NCBI GenBank assembly: GCA_965209035.1
Contig: OZ242372.1
Coordinates: forward strand, 1,408,001 to 1,472,000
DNA: 64,000 nt
From: Gammaproteobacteria bacterium
GTDB lineage: Bacteria; Pseudomonadota; Gammaproteobacteria; CBDBNL01; JAAOII01
Reading direction: 5' to 3'
The first letter of the stretch is position 1, and the number at the start of each line of letters is the position of its first letter. Shown here in pieces: positions 29,612 to 39,840 of the stretch. The notes beneath the pieces are model-generated. The model saw only the letters and a program-made list of their open reading frames with translations, was not told the origin of the DNA and did no database searches. A program made the position numbers and the translations under genes.

Positions 29612-30163
29612 ATGCAAGTTGCGGGTGTGGACGAAGCCGGGCGAGGTTGTCTTGCGGGTCCTGTGTATGCGGCTGCGGTGATCTTGCGACAGCCGGTTGC
29701 GGGTCTGCGAGATTCCAAACAACTTTCGGCGTCCAGGCGGGAGCAACTCGCCATAGAAATTCGCGCCGCTTCCGTGTGGGCTTTGGGGCGGGCGAGTCCC
29801 CGCGAGATTGAGAAACTGAACATTCTGCAAGCCAGTTTGTTGGCGATGCGGCGGGCGGTGTTGTCCTTGTCGGTTGTGCCGGACTTGGCACAAGTGGACG
29901 GTAACCACTGTCCCGCGCTGCCATGTCCGTGTGAGGCAATTATCGGCGGAGATGCTCTGATTCCGGCAGTGATGGCGGCTTCCATTTTGGCAAAAACGGC
30001 CCGGGATCAATGCATGCGGCGGCTGGATCATCGCTATCCCGGTTACGGTTTTGCGCGTCATAAGGGATATCCGACGGCCGCGCATATTGTTGCCATGCGG
30101 CGGCTGGGTGTTTCACCGGTGCACAGGCGCACCTACAAACCGGTGCGCGCTCTGTTGGAATGA
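29612..30163 (+). CDS. rnhB: Ribonuclease HII
   Basis: [23 protein letters not shown]...AASILAK..RD, HKGYPT, HRRTY. Confidence 0.96.
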   Translation: MQVAGVDEAGRGCLAGPVYAAAVILRQPVAGLRDSKQLSASRREQLAIEIRAASVWALGRASPREIEKLNILQASLLAMRRAVLSLSVVPDLAQVDGNHCPALPCPCEAIIGGDALIPAVMAASILAKTARDQCMRRLDHRYPGYGFARHKGYPTAAHIVAMRRLGVSPVHRRTYKPVRALLE

Positions 30164-30301
30164 AGCCCGCCCTGCCCCGACATTAATTGCGATTGCGATT
30201 GTGATTTTGTGTTCTGCTCAGCTCAGCCTTGACAAAAAGCCACCGCCTGTTGGAATGAACCCCGCCCTGCCCCGACATTAATTGCGATTGCGATTGTGAT
30301 T
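30152..30301. repeat. 55-bp direct repeat duplicating the rnhB 3' end
   Basis: 30152-30206 matches 30247-30301 with one mismatch and includes the rnhB stop codon. Confidence 0.9.
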
Positions 30302-30319
30302 GCCCGCACTTGCCGGTCA

Positions 30320-31195
30320 TCACAGTAATCCCGCCCAGAGACCGAGCAGAATCATCCAACCAAAACGGTTGTTGTCGCGAAACGAGTCGAGACAAGCGTG
30401 CGTGTGTGTATATCCGGCTGTTCGTCGCCAATGCAGGAAGAAGAGAATTGCCCCGCAGCCGGGCGCAACATAAAAGGACGGGTGAAGTTGTTGCCACAGA
30501 CCGAACAGAGTCAGTCCGCAAAGAAGAAGAGTTTGCAGGAAGACGATGGCCGCCGGAGTATGCTTGCCAAAAAATAACGCGCCGGAATGCATACCCATCA
30601 GGCGGTCATCTTTTTGGTCGCAGAGCGAATATTGAATGTCGTAAGCGAGAATCCAAATCAGGTTTAATCCGTAGAGTGCCCATGCCTGTAGTGGCAAAGC
30701 GTCCGCCTGCGCGGCGTATGCCATTAAAACGCCCATACCAAAGACCAGACCTAAAACGAGTTGCGGTAAAAAGAAGAATCTCTTGCATAGCGGATAAAGA
30801 ATCGCGCCCGGCAAGGCGAAAAGGGCGACAAGCTGCGCCCGGGAATTAAGAAACAACAAAAGAGCCAACGCAATGGAGATCAAGATCACAAAGAGAGCCA
30901 GCGCGTCGCGCCTTCCCAGGGCACCGCTTGCCAGGGGTCTTTGTTTGGTGCGTCGGACTTGTCGGTCCAGTTTGAGGTCCCAGAAATCATTAATCACGCA
31001 ACCGGCACTGCGCATGACAAAGCAGCCGCCGGTAAAAATTAGAAAGAGAGATAAGTCCGGGCTGCCGTTGCCGGCGAACAACAATGCCCACCAGGTCGGC
31101 GTGAGGATCAGATAAAAACCGATGGGCTGATGCCAGCGCATCAGGCGGGCACAGCTTGTCAAATAGGCGGTCGGGAACTTGTCGGCAGATGGCAT
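30320..31195 (-). CDS. ubiA: 4-hydroxybenzoate octaprenyltransferase
   Basis: RLMRWHQPIG, RSAGCVINDFWD..LDRQV.RT..RPLASG, AYDIQY...D..DD; start moved to ATG 31195 because the longer ORF overlaps rnpB. Confidence 0.93.
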   Translation of the reverse strand: MPSADKFPTAYLTSCARLMRWHQPIGFYLILTPTWWALLFAGNGSPDLSLFLIFTGGCFVMRSAGCVINDFWDLKLDRQVRRTKQRPLASGALGRRDALALFVILISIALALLLFLNSRAQLVALFALPGAILYPLCKRFFFLPQLVLGLVFGMGVLMAYAAQADALPLQAWALYGLNLIWILAYDIQYSLCDQKDDRLMGMHSGALFFGKHTPAAIVFLQTLLLCGLTLFGLWQQLHPSFYVAPGCGAILFFLHWRRTAGYTHTHACLDSFRDNNRFGWMILLGLWAGLL

Positions 31196-31208
31196 AAGAT
31201 TCAAAAAA

Positions 31209-31538
31209 GCGAGGCAGTCTGTAAGCCGGGTTCTGGTATAGACAGTCATCCATCTTTGCGGCCTACCTGTGTCCATGCGAGCAACATCATTGACTCTGTT
31301 TGGCCTTGCTTCGGACGGGGTTTACCCTGCCGCTTGCGTTACCGCAAGCGCGGTGCGCTCTTACCGCACCTTTTCAACCTTACCCGAACATCCAAAGATA
31401 ACATCCAAAGATGCGGGGGCGGTGTGTTTTCTGTGGCACTTTCCGTAGGCTTGCGCCCCCCGACCTCCGTCGGCGTCCCGCTCTGTGAAGCCCGGACTTT
31501 CCTCTTTTCTGCGAAAAGCGACTGCCCGACTGCCTCGC
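31209..31538 (-). ncRNA. rnpB: RNase P RNA, type A
   Basis: GAGGAAAGTCCGGGCT, AAAGTGCCACAGAAA, GGTGCGGTAAGAGCGCACC, GGTAAACCCC, AGCAAGGCCAA, AGAACCCGGCTTA; P1 GCGAGGCAGTC/GACTGCCTCGC. Confidence 0.96.
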
Positions 31539-31603
31539 TTGTTTTTATTTTACAACTTTTTTAGAGGAGTAAATGGCGCGGTCTGAGTGCGTATGACGAT
31601 TTG

Positions 31604-32542
31604 TTACAGATCGGCAAGTAAAGACTCTAATTTTTTCTCGAAGGTCTTATATGTTTTTTGGTGTGTTTTTGGTAATTTTTTATGCGGAATTTTTAATTGC
31701 TTTAATACTTCTTCAAATTTTCTAAATCCTAACTCACTTCTAAATTCAACCCATGCGATGCCTCGCTCCGTTAGTTGTCTTTTGTTCATATCGGAAAGTT
31801 TGTCCGCCACAAATATCTTGCTATCCCGTGCAATCACGGCATCGGCACTTTCCGGATTACCTCTTCCCATTAGTTTCACTTCGCATTTATACTTGTGATG
31901 TTCGGGGCTCCCGGAAATCAAATAAAAATCTACTTCTCGCTCAAAACTGTCGGCTCCCGTATTTTTGCCGAGCGTTTTGCATAAGTAGTGTTTTTTAGGA
32001 ATGTTGTATAGCCCGCATAAGATCAGCATTAAGGGTTCTTCAACTCGTTTCCCGGCCGAGCTCCAAAGACCGCCTCTTAATTCGGCTCTTTTCACGGCAA
32101 GGCTATTAATAACGATCAAACTTTCGCTTAGAGTTAAGTCCGCATTGGCTTTATTTAACTTGAGCGTCAGATTGATATCCAAATCCGGTTCCGTATCTGT
32201 GATTTCCTTAATGATCTTGTAAAGCATCTCATAGTTCTTCTGCGATGCCTCGATCACTATTTCTTTTCTCGCGGAGTTGAACATATTGTGGATCGTTTTC
32301 TTGTTTATTCCGGCATGAATGGCAATGTCCTTGGCGGGTAATGTCGGATCCAGAAAGTGTTTTTTATACCAGTCCGTGGTAATGTTTTCGTTTTTCAGTT
32401 TGGCGGCGGCAACTTTCTGAAAAAAGTCAATCGTATATCTTAGAAACTCGTCATTTATTAGGGAGACAACAAGAATACGATAGTCTTCACCGTTTAGGAG
32501 TTTTTTGATAATATCTTTGGTAACCTGTTTAGTTATGGTCAT
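31604..32542 (-). CDS. Type II restriction endonuclease, CfrBI family
   Basis: LWSSAGKRVE.PLM, REVDFYL, CEVKLMGRGNPESAD (PD-(D/E)XK); coupled to an upstream MTase; family recalled from memory. Confidence 0.75.
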   Translation of the reverse strand: MTITKQVTKDIIKKLLNGEDYRILVVSLINDEFLRYTIDFFQKVAAAKLKNENITTDWYKKHFLDPTLPAKDIAIHAGINKKTIHNMFNSARKEIVIEASQKNYEMLYKIIKEITDTEPDLDINLTLKLNKANADLTLSESLIVINSLAVKRAELRGGLWSSAGKRVEEPLMLILCGLYNIPKKHYLCKTLGKNTGADSFEREVDFYLISGSPEHHKYKCEVKLMGRGNPESADAVIARDSKIFVADKLSDMNKRQLTERGIAWVEFRSELGFRKFEEVLKQLKIPHKKLPKTHQKTYKTFEKKLESLLADL

Positions 32543-33956
32543 GTGTTTGTTGCGCTATGGACGAGAATGTTTTGGCATCTGTGAAATGAGCGGAGCAGTT
32601 ATTGGCGAGCAACTTTTCTTCAATTCGCCGAATGTATGCTTTTTGCTGTTCTACCAGGAAAAATTTTCTGTCCAAACTGACAGCGGCATTGCCGAGAGTC
32701 CCGCTGCCGGCAAAAGGATCAAATACCAAATCGCCGACATACGAATAAAATTCGATGACGCGGTGACATAATTCAATAGGAAAAACGGCACTGTGGACTT
32801 TATCGAAAGTTGGATCAATTTTCCAAATATTAGTTGTTTCATATTTTCCCGATATCTTGCTTTGGTTTACCGTATCCGGAGGATATTGACGCATATTCCA
32901 ATCTGTCAATTTGTCTGTTTTCTTTCTGTAAACCATTAACATTTCTGTTATGGCGTTTGGTTTATAACCGAGAGGTTTTCTGTGTTGCAAGAAGCCGGCG
33001 TTTCTGTTTTTCACGCTGGCTTCCGGTTTGACCCATACGATATCATCAATAAACTCCCAACCTATGTTTACCAACAAAGGATGAATGTCGTATGGTATGG
33101 GATATCGCTTGCTGGCATGTGATCTGCTAATTCTGGGGATGATAATCGGCGAAGTATTGAGAACAAAAAATCGGCCTTCTTTTGTAGTCCGATAGAGGTC
33201 TTTGAAGAGGCTTTCCAAAAAATCCAAATATTCTTGATAACTTCGATAAATTGAATAATCTCGGGCATTATAGTAAGGGGGCGATGTAAATGTCAGATGC
33301 ACGGATTCATCCGGGATATTTTTCAATACTTCCCGCACATCGCCATGAACCACTGTATTTGATAAAAAAGACGGGAAACGGATCTGAGACGGGTCAATTC
33401 CGCTTTTTTGAGGAGAGGCAATGGCTTCGCCGTTGCGTCGCGTCGTTTCTTTTCTTATCATTTCAATGACTAATTCATTCGGGTGCTCGCGCAGATTTTC
33501 CAATGCTGTTATCACTTCCGCTCTTTTTGAAAAAGCCAAGAGACCGCGAATTGCTTGCAAGATCACTTCAGGATCTTCATCTTTCAAGAAGCCAATCAAA
33601 ACAGATATTATGTTTGCGTCTTTTAGTCTGCCTATGGCAGAGACCGCCTCTTTCCTTATTTCTGTTTTGTTGTTTTCTTTTGTGCAGTCAACAAAAATCG
33701 GTAGCAAGGAGATATCGGATAACTTTGCCAGATTCTTTATGGAAAGAACACGAATTTTATCATTCGGTCTTTTTAGCAGATCTAATAAAAGTTCCTTGCT
33801 ATGATTGTTCTCAAGGCGTCCCAGGTTTTTTAAAATACGCACTACTTGGCTGTCATTTTGATGTTTTACGAATGCTTGAAATGTCGGGACATCGTCTTTT
33901 AGCATGTCAATGGTTACCCGGTCCGTTGAATTTGTGACTTTGTGGATATTTTTCAT
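32529..33956 (-). CDS. Beta-class N4-cytosine DNA methyltransferase with N-terminal HEAT repeats
   Basis: HEAT-like units (KIRVLSIKNLAKL, EIRKEAVSAIGRL, EVILQAIRGL), then FTSPPY and DPFAGSGT. Confidence 0.88.
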   Translation of the reverse strand: MKNIHKVTNSTDRVTIDMLKDDVPTFQAFVKHQNDSQVVRILKNLGRLENNHSKELLLDLLKRPNDKIRVLSIKNLAKLSDISLLPIFVDCTKENNKTEIRKEAVSAIGRLKDANIISVLIGFLKDEDPEVILQAIRGLLAFSKRAEVITALENLREHPNELVIEMIRKETTRRNGEAIASPQKSGIDPSQIRFPSFLSNTVVHGDVREVLKNIPDESVHLTFTSPPYYNARDYSIYRSYQEYLDFLESLFKDLYRTTKEGRFFVLNTSPIIIPRISRSHASKRYPIPYDIHPLLVNIGWEFIDDIVWVKPEASVKNRNAGFLQHRKPLGYKPNAITEMLMVYRKKTDKLTDWNMRQYPPDTVNQSKISGKYETTNIWKIDPTFDKVHSAVFPIELCHRVIEFYSYVGDLVFDPFAGSGTLGNAAVSLDRKFFLVEQQKAYIRRIEEKLLANNCSAHFTDAKTFSSIAQQTHDHN

Positions 33957-34233
33957 TTGTTATTCACCTCCGCTAAATAAATTTCCGCTAGTTGTTATAT
34001 TGATTCAAAATTAAAAATATTCTTTTTTGTTAATTATTATACTCTCATTAAACCTGCTATGTTTTCATTTCTCGCATATGTCATTGGCTCATCGGCGTAT
34101 CGTTGAAGCGGTAAAACTCGGTTGGGGCGGCTATTGTCATACATATCGTATCCTTCCGGGCTCGTTTGCCTTATAATTTTTACAGACAAGACAACATGCA
34201 ATACTTCCCGATAACGCCATATCCGCGCACCAA

Positions 34234-35094
34234 ATGAACCCGGATTTTTATGATAAGGTGTTTTATCACACTGCCGCGGATATGCAAGAACTGCCGAATG
34301 GCTCGGTTCAATTGATTGTCACTTCGCCGCCTTACTTTAATGTGAAGGATTATGCCAAAAACGGCTATCAAGATAGCGCGCATTCCAATAAGAAAGAATT
34401 GGATCTGGGCGGTATCAACGATTATGAAGATTACCTGAATGGACTGCTCGCTATTTGGCGAGAGTGCGAGCGAGTGCTGAAACCGAACGGCAAACTTTGT
34501 ATTAATGTTCCTCTGATGCCCATGCCAAAAAAGGTGTATCAGACACACTACAACCGGCATATTTTTGATTTGCAAAGCGGTATTCAAAACAGTATTTTGA
34601 AAAATACAAAATTGTTTTTGTTGGATATGTATGTATGGAATCGGACTAATTCTTCCAAGAGTTTAATGTTTGGCAGCTATCCTTATCCGCACAATTTTTA
34701 TGCCCAAAATACGACCGAATTCATTGCCGTATATGTTAAGGACGGATTGCCGGCAAAGAATACGAACGCTCCAAATAAAGAAGCCAGTCGTTTGACGCAA
34801 ACCGAATGGGTGGAGTTCACCAAACAAATATGGAATATCCCGATTCCCGGCAAGGATGATATCGGTTACGGAGAGCATGCGGCCTTGATGCCCGAAGAGA
34901 TCGCCTATCGTTGTATCCGGTTGTATTCCTTAAAGGATGATTTGGTTCTGGATCCTTTTGCCGGCAGCGGCACTACTTTAAAGGTGGCAAAGGAAAATGA
35001 CCGCCATTATGTTGGTTATGAAATTTACGAATTTTATCGCAGTTTGATTAACCAAAAACTTGCCGTTTCTACCAAGCGTCTGCTGTTTGGCTGA
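34234..35094 (+). CDS. Beta-class N4-cytosine DNA methyltransferase
   Basis: VTSPPY (motif IV), HAALMP, LDPFAGSGTT (motif I). Confidence 0.9.
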   Translation: MNPDFYDKVFYHTAADMQELPNGSVQLIVTSPPYFNVKDYAKNGYQDSAHSNKKELDLGGINDYEDYLNGLLAIWRECERVLKPNGKLCINVPLMPMPKKVYQTHYNRHIFDLQSGIQNSILKNTKLFLLDMYVWNRTNSSKSLMFGSYPYPHNFYAQNTTEFIAVYVKDGLPAKNTNAPNKEASRLTQTEWVEFTKQIWNIPIPGKDDIGYGEHAALMPEEIAYRCIRLYSLKDDLVLDPFAGSGTTLKVAKENDRHYVGYEIYEFYRSLINQKLAVSTKRLLFG

Positions 35095-35112
35095 TGCCGA
35101 TGGATCAACCAA

Positions 35113-35916
35113 ATGAACCAGTTACTGAATAAAATTCTTCTTGAAGATTGTTTTACTTTCTTCAATCGGTTACCGGATGCCAGCTTGGATTTGGCAATTA
35201 TAGACCCGCCCTACAACATGCAAAAAGGCGATTGGGATAAATTTTCAGGGGAAAAGGATTTTTTTACTTTTACGCAACGCTGGATTGATGCGTTTTTACC
35301 CAAGATGAAAGCGGACGGCAGTTTTTATATCTTTAATACGCCGCTTAATAGTGCGGTTATGTTGCCGATGCTGTTGAAACAAGGCACACTGTTTCTTAAT
35401 TGGATTACCTGGTATAAAAAAGACGGCTTGGGTGGTTCGAAAAAGCGGTATGTCAATAATCAAGAAACAATTCTTTTCTTTGCGATGGGGGGCGATTATT
35501 ATTTTAATGCCGAAGAAATTCGGTTGCCTTACCTGTCCCGGTCTCGTATCGCACATGCGGAACATAGGGGAATTATCAAAAACGGCAAACGATGGTTTCC
35601 AAATAAGAACGGGCGACTGTGTGCGGATGTTTGGGAATTTTCAAGTTATCGCCATAATAATAAAATTAATGGTAAGACAACAAAATTTTTGCATCCGACA
35701 CCCAAGCCCGAGGCGATGATAGAAAGAATGATTCTTGCCAGTAGTCGTTCCGATAATCTTGTTCTCGACTTGTTTAGCGGCAGTGGCACTACGGCGGCGA
35801 TGTGCATTAAGCATAACAGAAACTTTGTCGGTTGTGAGGCGGTTCCCGAGTTTCATAGCCACATAGAAAAACGAATCAACCCGGAACAACCCGGAACAAC
35901 AGAGCAGTGCGGTTGA
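35113..35916 (+). CDS. Beta-class N6-adenine DNA methyltransferase
   Basis: IDPPY, HPTPKP, LDLFSGSGTT. Confidence 0.9.
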   Translation: MNQLLNKILLEDCFTFFNRLPDASLDLAIIDPPYNMQKGDWDKFSGEKDFFTFTQRWIDAFLPKMKADGSFYIFNTPLNSAVMLPMLLKQGTLFLNWITWYKKDGLGGSKKRYVNNQETILFFAMGGDYYFNAEEIRLPYLSRSRIAHAEHRGIIKNGKRWFPNKNGRLCADVWEFSSYRHNNKINGKTTKFLHPTPKPEAMIERMILASSRSDNLVLDLFSGSGTTAAMCIKHNRNFVGCEAVPEFHSHIEKRINPEQPGTTEQCG

Positions 35917-37325
35917 TTAGAAACTTGTATCAAGACACACAAGGGCATGAAGATGTTTTGATTGATCGGATTAAGACAGCACAAGATATTAAACTCCTTG
36001 TTGCCTATGTTAATAGCGGGGTTGTTTCCAAACTCAGGCCTGTTGCCGATATACTTAAAAAGAAAACAAAGAAACAGTTAATTTGTAACTTGGACATGGG
36101 GATTACGGATCCCGGGGCTCTGCAAGAGTTCATCCGGTGGGGTTTTGAAATCAAGCGATATGAAATGAGCCGAGGAACATTTCATCCCAAAGTTTGGTTA
36201 TTCTTAAGTGAGGGCGGAAGTTCTTGTATCATCGGATCCGCAAATGCCACGGGTGCGGCACTAAGTAATAATATAGAGGTCGGAGTTCTTATTGGTCGCG
36301 AAGAAAACGAAAGTTTTTGGGAGCAGACGGTGGGTTATTTTGATTATTTGTGTAAGGAACCAAATAGTCAATTTTTGTCATTGCCTGTGTTGAAAGAGTT
36401 GGCAGACCAAAAAGAGCGCGCCAAACGATGGAAATCTCAAAGAAGAAGGGAGGCATTATCGCAAACAGAAGATTCTGTTGAAGATAAAGAATTGAGTTTG
36501 GCAAAAGATTTTGTGGAAGGTTGGATTAACCTATGGAATAAAGAGATAGCATCCGGTTTGGTTCATTCGCGCCACCCGGCGATAGGACGCGGTTGGTATA
36601 TTATCCCGGACCAAGGGTATATAAACGATGAAACGATGTTGCTCTTGCAAAAGATTACACGGATTATGGAAGGGGGCTTGTTGATGCCGTCGGGTTCTCC
36701 CAATCCGAAACTGCGGAAGATTTTGGATTTAATTTCTTCAAAATTTGTTGGTAAGAAACAGAAGATGGATTCTCGTAGTAAGTTCGTGCGCCAAGAAAAA
36801 AATTATCTTATCCGCTTGGGGTTTTGCTATCACCCCCTAACGCAAACAGGCACAAAAAACGCCGCGGAACTTCTTCTTACCGATTACGGGAGGCAGCTTA
36901 GTGAAGCAAAAAACATTGCCGAGATAAAAAGCGTCTATACGGATGCAATGACCGAATACAGATATCAAGGGCTTCCGCTGTTAGAGTTTATTCGAGTTTT
37001 GTTGACAAAACTGGAATATGTGACATTTGATGAATTTAATTTTTTTGTTAAGCATGCCTGGTCTGCGGATGATTTGGACAGAGTTTGTGAGATCATCCGT
37101 GTTTTTCGTCATGCAAGCGCGGAACAAAAGAAGAATTTTGTGGAACGGACGAACCGATTGCTTAGAGAGAAGGTAGAACGCAGCGGGGCTTCTGTTGTCA
37201 GCAACTATAAAAAAAGCGCGGGACACACACTGAGTGCGTTGGGGTGGTGTGAAGGTTTGGATTTTGATTTTGATGACGAACGGTTATGCTTGCGCCCCGG
37301 TGCGGGACAGGCGGCGCTGCGTTGA
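35907..37325 (+). CDS. Phospholipase D-domain (HxK) nuclease, probable restriction endonuclease
   Basis: VAYV, FHPKVWLF, IGSANAT...NIE; overlaps the stop of the second MTase. Confidence 0.75.
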   Translation: MRLIRNLYQDTQGHEDVLIDRIKTAQDIKLLVAYVNSGVVSKLRPVADILKKKTKKQLICNLDMGITDPGALQEFIRWGFEIKRYEMSRGTFHPKVWLFLSEGGSSCIIGSANATGAALSNNIEVGVLIGREENESFWEQTVGYFDYLCKEPNSQFLSLPVLKELADQKERAKRWKSQRRREALSQTEDSVEDKELSLAKDFVEGWINLWNKEIASGLVHSRHPAIGRGWYIIPDQGYINDETMLLLQKITRIMEGGLLMPSGSPNPKLRKILDLISSKFVGKKQKMDSRSKFVRQEKNYLIRLGFCYHPLTQTGTKNAAELLLTDYGRQLSEAKNIAEIKSVYTDAMTEYRYQGLPLLEFIRVLLTKLEYVTFDEFNFFVKHAWSADDLDRVCEIIRVFRHASAEQKKNFVERTNRLLREKVERSGASVVSNYKKSAGHTLSALGWCEGLDFDFDDERLCLRPGAGQAALR

Positions 37326-37367
37326 AGATTTTTCATTTTTCATTTTTGATGTTTAAGGCCGAGAAGT

Positions 37368-39242
37368 TTGGGTGTGAGTGTGATAAATAGCGGCTTGGCG
37401 AATAAGGACAAGATTCTTGCCGAGTTGGACCGGGTGTTGGCCGAATTGCAAAAGGCAAAGCTGATGACAACCCCGCCGAAGTCGGTGGCGATTCGCGGGG
37501 TGCCTCCTCATTTGGGCGCGGACTATGCCACCAATGTCGCGTTGGTGCATGCGGCGACTGCGGGCTTGAAACCCGTGCAACTGGCGGAGGAAATTGTCGC
37601 TCGCTGGCGGCTGTCTTCGGTGCGGGCGGAGGTCGCGCCGCCGGGGTTTGTTAATTTTTATTGTGACGGCGGCGGCGAAGAGGTGCTGCGTGAAATTTTG
37701 TTCACGGGCGACCAGTACGGCGCGGGCATATCCCGCGGCAATGAAAGACGCATTCTGGTGGAATATGTTTCCGCCAACCCGACCGGCCCCCTGCATATCG
37801 GCCATGCGCGGATGGTGGCAATCGGTTCTGCGTTGGTTAATGTGATGCGTTTTGCCGGCTACAAGACGGACAGCGAATATTATGTGAACGACAGCGGCAG
37901 ACAAATGAAGGTGTTGGCGTTCAGTTTTTGTGTGCGTGTTGCGGCGGCACAGAGCGGTAAAAAAATTGAAATGCCGACCGGCTGCTATCGGGGAGATTAT
38001 TTGAAGGACCTGGCGCGCGAGTGGTTGGGGTGCGAAGAGAATCATTTCTCAGAAGAGACAGCGGCGGAGATCGTCCGCCGAGCGGAAGACCCGGCAAAGA
38101 ATACCGGGGCGCAGACGGATGCGGATACCGGGGCGCAGGCGGACGCGGATACCGGGGCGCAGGCGGACGCGGATACCGGGGCGCAGGCGGATACTGATGC
38201 CGAATTGGATGCCGCCATAGCGTTGGTGTTTGCCGAACTTGGCGAAGAGCGGGTCGGCGAGATCAGCGAGTACCTTTTGGAGCGTATGCTCGGGGTCATC
38301 AAAGAAGACCTGCGGTCCTTTGGTTGTCAAATAGATTATTGGAAGCGAGAGAGCGAAACGGCGTCCGGCGATGAGGCGGAAGAGACGATGGCGGAACTGC
38401 GCAGCCGCAAGGTTGTGTATGAAAAAGACAAGGCTCTTTGGTTTGCCGGCAGCGAGTTTGGAGACGACAAGGATCGGGTGCTGCGGCGCGGCAGCGGCGA
38501 GCCCACTTATTTTGCCAATGATATTTTTTATCATCGGGATAAGTATCGGCGCGGCTACGGGCGCCTTGTCAATATCTGGGGGGCGGATCATCACGGTTAC
38601 ATTGCGCGCATGCGTGCCGCGATGCAGGCACTCGGCAATGACGAGGGTGCCTTGGAGATTCTTTTGGTGCAGTTGGTTTTTTTGAAGAACGAAGGTGAAC
38701 GGTTGTCTATGTCCACGCGGGCGGGTCAGTTTGTTTCTCTTGAGGATTTTGTCCGGCATGTCGGCAAGGATGCGGCGCGATTTCTGCTCCTGATGCGGAA
38801 GTCGGATCGCTCGCTGTACTTTGATGTGTCGCTGGCTCTTTCGCACAGCCGGGATAATCCGGTGTACTATGTTCAGTATGCGCATGCGCGCTTGGCAAAC
38901 ATTTTGGCGGAACTGCGCCGGCGCGATATGGATCCGAAAAAGGAAACGGAAAAGGGACTCGGACACATGAGTCTTCTTAACGAAAAGCGCGAGCAGGATC
39001 TGATCACCGCTTTGACAGAGTTCCCCGAGTTGGTGCAGAAAATTGCCGTTGGTTGCGACATCTCCAAACTGACTTTGTATCTGCGCAAGTTGGCGGGCGA
39101 TTTTCATGCTTACTATAATGCGGTGCGTGTGCTGGGTGCGGGCGAGAAGACCCCGCCGAGACTTTGTCTGTGTTTGGCAATTAAACAGGTTCTCGCGAAC
39201 GGTCTGCGGCTGTTGGAAGTTTCCGCGCCGGATCGTATGTGA
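37368..39242 (+). CDS. argS: Arginine--tRNA ligase
   Basis: EYVSANPTGPLHIGH, EYYVND.G.Q, WGADHHGY, MSTRAG, NPVYYVQYAHAR; ends APDRM. Confidence 0.97.
   Translation: MGVSVINSGLANKDKILAELDRVLAELQKAKLMTTPPKSVAIRGVPPHLGADYATNVALVHAATAGLKPVQLAEEIVARWRLSSVRAEVAPPGFVNFYCDGGGEEVLREILFTGDQYGAGISRGNERRILVEYVSANPTGPLHIGHARMVAIGSALVNVMRFAGYKTDSEYYVNDSGRQMKVLAFSFCVRVAAAQSGKKIEMPTGCYRGDYLKDLAREWLGCEENHFSEETAAEIVRRAEDPAKNTGAQTDADTGAQADADTGAQADADTGAQADTDAELDAAIALVFAELGEERVGEISEYLLERMLGVIKEDLRSFGCQIDYWKRESETASGDEAEETMAELRSRKVVYEKDKALWFAGSEFGDDKDRVLRRGSGEPTYFANDIFYHRDKYRRGYGRLVNIWGADHHGYIARMRAAMQALGNDEGALEILLVQLVFLKNEGERLSMSTRAGQFVSLEDFVRHVGKDAARFLLLMRKSDRSLYFDVSLALSHSRDNPVYYVQYAHARLANILAELRRRDMDPKKETEKGLGHMSLLNEKREQDLITALTEFPELVQKIAVGCDISKLTLYLRKLAGDFHAYYNAVRVLGAGEKTPPRLCLCLAIKQVLANGLRLLEVSAPDRM
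38101..38196 (+). repeat. In-frame 24-bp tandem repeat x4 inside argS (TGAQADAD)
   Basis: ATACCGGGGCGCAGRCGGAYGCGG repeated four times, the last copy imperfect. Confidence 0.95.
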
Positions 39243-39257
39243 TTGCAATGAGAGTTT

Positions 39258-39812
39258 ATGAAAGACTATGCCAATTTCCCGTCATCGCCGCCGCCAGGCA
39301 CAGGCGGCCGTTCGCGCAAACCGTTGTTTTTACTTGGCGCTTTGTTGTTGTTGGCGTTGGCGGTTGCGCTCATTGCCCGTCATACCCTTCGGCGTTTGGC
39401 AACCGAGGAAGCAGTTGTTCTGCGAGCGGAGAATGCTTCGGTCGCGGAAATTGCGCCTCCTCTGCCGGAAGACTATCAATTTTATTCGCAACTGACGGCG
39501 GAAAAGCCGCTCCGTTTGGACGAGGGCAGGCCCAAAGATGCCGAACAGCAACCCGCCGCGGTTCCCGGCAGCAGGTTCTACATTCTGGTGGAATATTTTC
39601 CCGTTTATGCGGAAGCGTCCCGGCGCGCCCGGGAGATCAAGGATCTGGGTATGGGCGATGCAATCCCGATCAAAACCGAGCCGTATCTGCGCGACGGCAC
39701 GCTGGTATTTCGGATTCGCGTGGGACCCTATGCTTCGCGGTCGGCAATGAACGGGGCGCGGGACAATCTCTACCGGGTTGAGATCCCCCACCGAATTCTT
39801 ACCGATTTTTAG
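39258..39812 (+). CDS. SPOR-domain cell division protein (FtsN-like)
   Basis: MKDYA start, TM helix, YQFYSQL, FRIRVGPY; argS-SPOR synteny typical of proteobacteria. Confidence 0.75.
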   Translation: MKDYANFPSSPPPGTGGRSRKPLFLLGALLLLALAVALIARHTLRRLATEEAVVLRAENASVAEIAPPLPEDYQFYSQLTAEKPLRLDEGRPKDAEQQPAAVPGSRFYILVEYFPVYAEASRRAREIKDLGMGDAIPIKTEPYLRDGTLVFRIRVGPYASRSAMNGARDNLYRVEIPHRILTDF

Positions 39813-39840
39813 GACGGACATTCAACTCGCTATTCATTAA

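Noticed and set aside
31196-31276. N-terminal extension of ubiA in the ORF track
   Set aside because: Overlaps the 3' end of rnpB; ATG 31195 is more plausible
38049-39248. Long antisense ORFs over argS, pyk (45988-47217), fumC (2056-2817) and glnA (15992-16708)
   Set aside because: They fully overlap confident housekeeping genes and show no motifs; expected from codon bias
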